Positions 61,581-64,000 of a stretch of 64,000 nucleotides of DNA are shown piece after piece. The stretch is taken from assembly GCF_028641065.1 (NCBI RefSeq), contig NC_073387.1, forward strand, positions 37,820,001 to 37,884,000, read 5' to 3'. The position numbers and the translations under genes were made by a program. The first letter of the stretch is position 1; each line of letters begins with the position of its first letter. The notes beneath the pieces were generated by a model. It was not told where the DNA came from. It did no database searches and was given only the letters and a program-made list of their open reading frames with translations. This stretch comes from Leucoraja erinacea. Lineage: Eukaryota.

Positions 61581-63032
61581 TGCTCCTAATTTTTTTTACT
61601 TCAAGGTCTCCTGTTCCACGTGGACAAACTTGTACAATAAATGTGTAGTCCTCCCATCCAAACACCTTTATTCAGGATACATCGACGGGCACAACTCTGA
61701 TTCATGTTGAGCATATGAATGTTCCTTCACTCCAGGACTCCAGTGGAGCTTGCCAGATCCGTAGAGAACTCAAGCTGAAAAATAATGATTTTGAAAAGAT
61801 TTATAGAATCATCCATTATCATTGCTCTCTCCTGATAGAGTGAATACACAATCTTTTAGCCCTTTCCTGCATTAAAGCACAATGGCTTATTGCAGAAGCA
61901 AAGCATTCTCAAAATTACACTCTAAAAATAAAAACTAGCTAAAAGGGAAGCCTACCCTAATTGTATTTGTCTTTAAAGAAAATACGGAATTGCATTAACA
62001 GGACAATATTTCTTGGTAGCTGCACAGAAGCTGAATCAATTTGGAATGACAAATCACGCCTTTGTTTATTCATACTCAAATCTAAAATGGCATTTTCCTT
62101 TCCGGATAAAGTCCCAAGCGTTGATTTCCATGCTTTAACATACCCAGTGCCCCCAAAAGTAAATTAAAACCTTTCCCTGATGAAAGCTGGCAGCGAGGAA
62201 AGGATATGGTAATGCAGCTATGTCATTATTAATTTATTACATAAATGGACATAGGTTCAGTGCACTACTTCAACTGCAGTAGCTCCATGAACTGTGCATT
62301 GTGAATACCAACACGAAAGGTGTCACGGTGCAACTGATGCATGGAAAGTGGGAAATTACTCTCTGGATCCATCATGTGCAGGCTAATGCAAGTATTGAAC
62401 TAGGTTGCACTTTCAAGGAGAAATGTTACAGCTGCTGAAAATAGGGCCACAGCAGGAGCATGATTCATAATCAAGGTGAATGAAATAATTAATAAAGTAA
62501 TTTTAAAGAGGACTTTTTTTTAGCAAAATGAAACAAAATCAGAGATCTATAATGAAAGAAAGGGAGCAATTCAAACTGAAAATGAGAGGCACTGGCAGGA
62601 CTAAATTTCATTTTGCACTTCTGGATAAATCTGTAAAAAAATTTGAAGTCAATCATCAGCCAAGGAAAGCTCCATGATGCGATGATTATACGTCAAGCCG
62701 CAGAATGGTAGGAATTGGCTTTGTATTGGATTGCCTGTTAAAACCCAGGCCATCGCGGGCAGAAAATTAGTGCTTTCCACCAGGAAAAGAGAAAATAAAA
62801 GGTCTCTTTTTTAATGTCTCAGAGCACAGCTCAAAAGCATATCTGAATAAGCATTAGGGCAAGTCACCTACTCAGCAGGGTAGAGTTTACGGATGCAGGA
62901 TGAGGAAAAGAATGAAAAATAAAATAATCAAGAAAAGAACCATAGCACATCACGCATTTACCATGAATACAACGGGGTAAACATCCTCCAACGAAACACC
63001 TGTATGTCGCTGTCAACTTCAGACAAAACATT

Positions 63033-63317
63033 TGGGCGGCATGGTGGCGCAGCAGCAAAGTTGCTGCCTCATAGTGCCAGAGATCCGGGTTCGATCCTGA
63101 CTATGAGTGCTGTCTGTATGGGTCTGTACGTTCTCCTTGTGGCCATGTGGGTTTTCTCCGAGTGCTCCGATTTCCTCCCACACTACAAAGATGTACAGGT
63201 TTGCAGGTAATTCGGTTTCTGTAAATTGTAAATTATCCCTGGTGTGTGTAAGATAGTGTTAGTGGTCGCTAGTCAGCATGGACTCCGTGGACCGAAGGGC
63301 CTATTTCCACACTGTTT
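63033..63317 (+). mobile_element. HE1-like SINE
   Basis: ggtggcgcagc...gggttcgatcc head; ccgaagggcctatttcc 3' end. Confidence 0.88.
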
Positions 63318-63404
63318 AAAGCCTAATGCAATTACATTTCGTTAAACATTTAGAAGATAAGCTATAGATGTTAAATAAATAATTTGTTAAGCAGATTATA
63401 TAAA

Positions 63405-64000
63405 ATAAATGCAGAGAGCACTCGTGAGTAAGGCAAGGCAGCGCCTTGACCACCTCAGGCAATTGAGAAAATTCAGAGTGTCTCCGAGGATCCTCCAGTG
63501 CTTCTATGCATCGGCTGTGGAAAGCATCTTGTCCGGAAATATTACCACCTGGTTTGGGAATTGCTCTGCCCAGGACAAAAAGGCTCTGCAGAGAGTAGTG
63601 CGTTCGGCCGAACGCACTATGGGAACTTCACTCGCCCCCCTGCAGGAACTATACATCAGGAGGTGCAACTCCAGGGCCAATAAAATCATGGGAGACCCCT
63701 TCCACCCCTGCAACGGACTGTTCCAGCTGCTACGGTCAGGCAAACGCCTCCGTTGCCACGCTGTGAGAATGGAGAGGTTGAGAAGGAGGTTCTTCCCAGA
63801 GGCCATTTGGACTGTAAACTCCTATCTCACCAAGGACTAACTTTACTGAACGTTTTTCCTTCCAATATTTAATGTGTAAAAGAATATGTGTGTGTTTATG
63901 ATTGTGTTTATAGTTTGTTTGGTTGTTTGTTTGTTTGTCTTTGTGCAGAAAATCCGTGAGCATTGCCACTTTTCATTTCACTGCACATCTCGTATGTGTA
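63405..64000 (+). mobile_element. Rex1/Babar LINE 3' fragment running off the window
   Basis: KARQRL..LRQLRKF...FYASAVESIL...WFGNC...LQRVVRSAER...FFPEAI. Confidence 0.88.

Overview
Vertebrate nuclear DNA, AT-rich and dense in transposable elements. The HE1-type tRNA SINEs, HER1-type CR1 LINEs and Penelope-derived hairpins point to a cartilaginous fish, probably a skate or ray (inference). I can support no host exon, so the window looks intronic or intergenic, and every long ORF is TE-derived. The main elements are a near-intact L2 ORF2 (~18.9-22.1 kb), many CR1 and Rex1/Babar fragments, a Penelope element with inverted pseudo-LTRs (47.9-49.7 kb) plus short hairpin derivatives carrying minimal hammerhead motifs, and a 2.1-kb non-autonomous Helitron with two 5' termini and a 48-bp minisatellite. 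There is also a Harbinger MITE, a 1.55-kb TIR element with GC-rich cargo, a Tx1/L1 3' end and a Gypsy relic. The most notable signal is two copies (22522-22693 +, 32857-33028 -) of a ~172-bp non-coding retroelement. It begins exactly at G1 of a minimal HDV-like ribozyme whose P3/L3/P1 core matches the mammalian CPEB3 ribozyme as I recall it. Some CR1 copies show mosaic sequence that suggests assembly-consensus artefacts. Ends of old elements are approximate.
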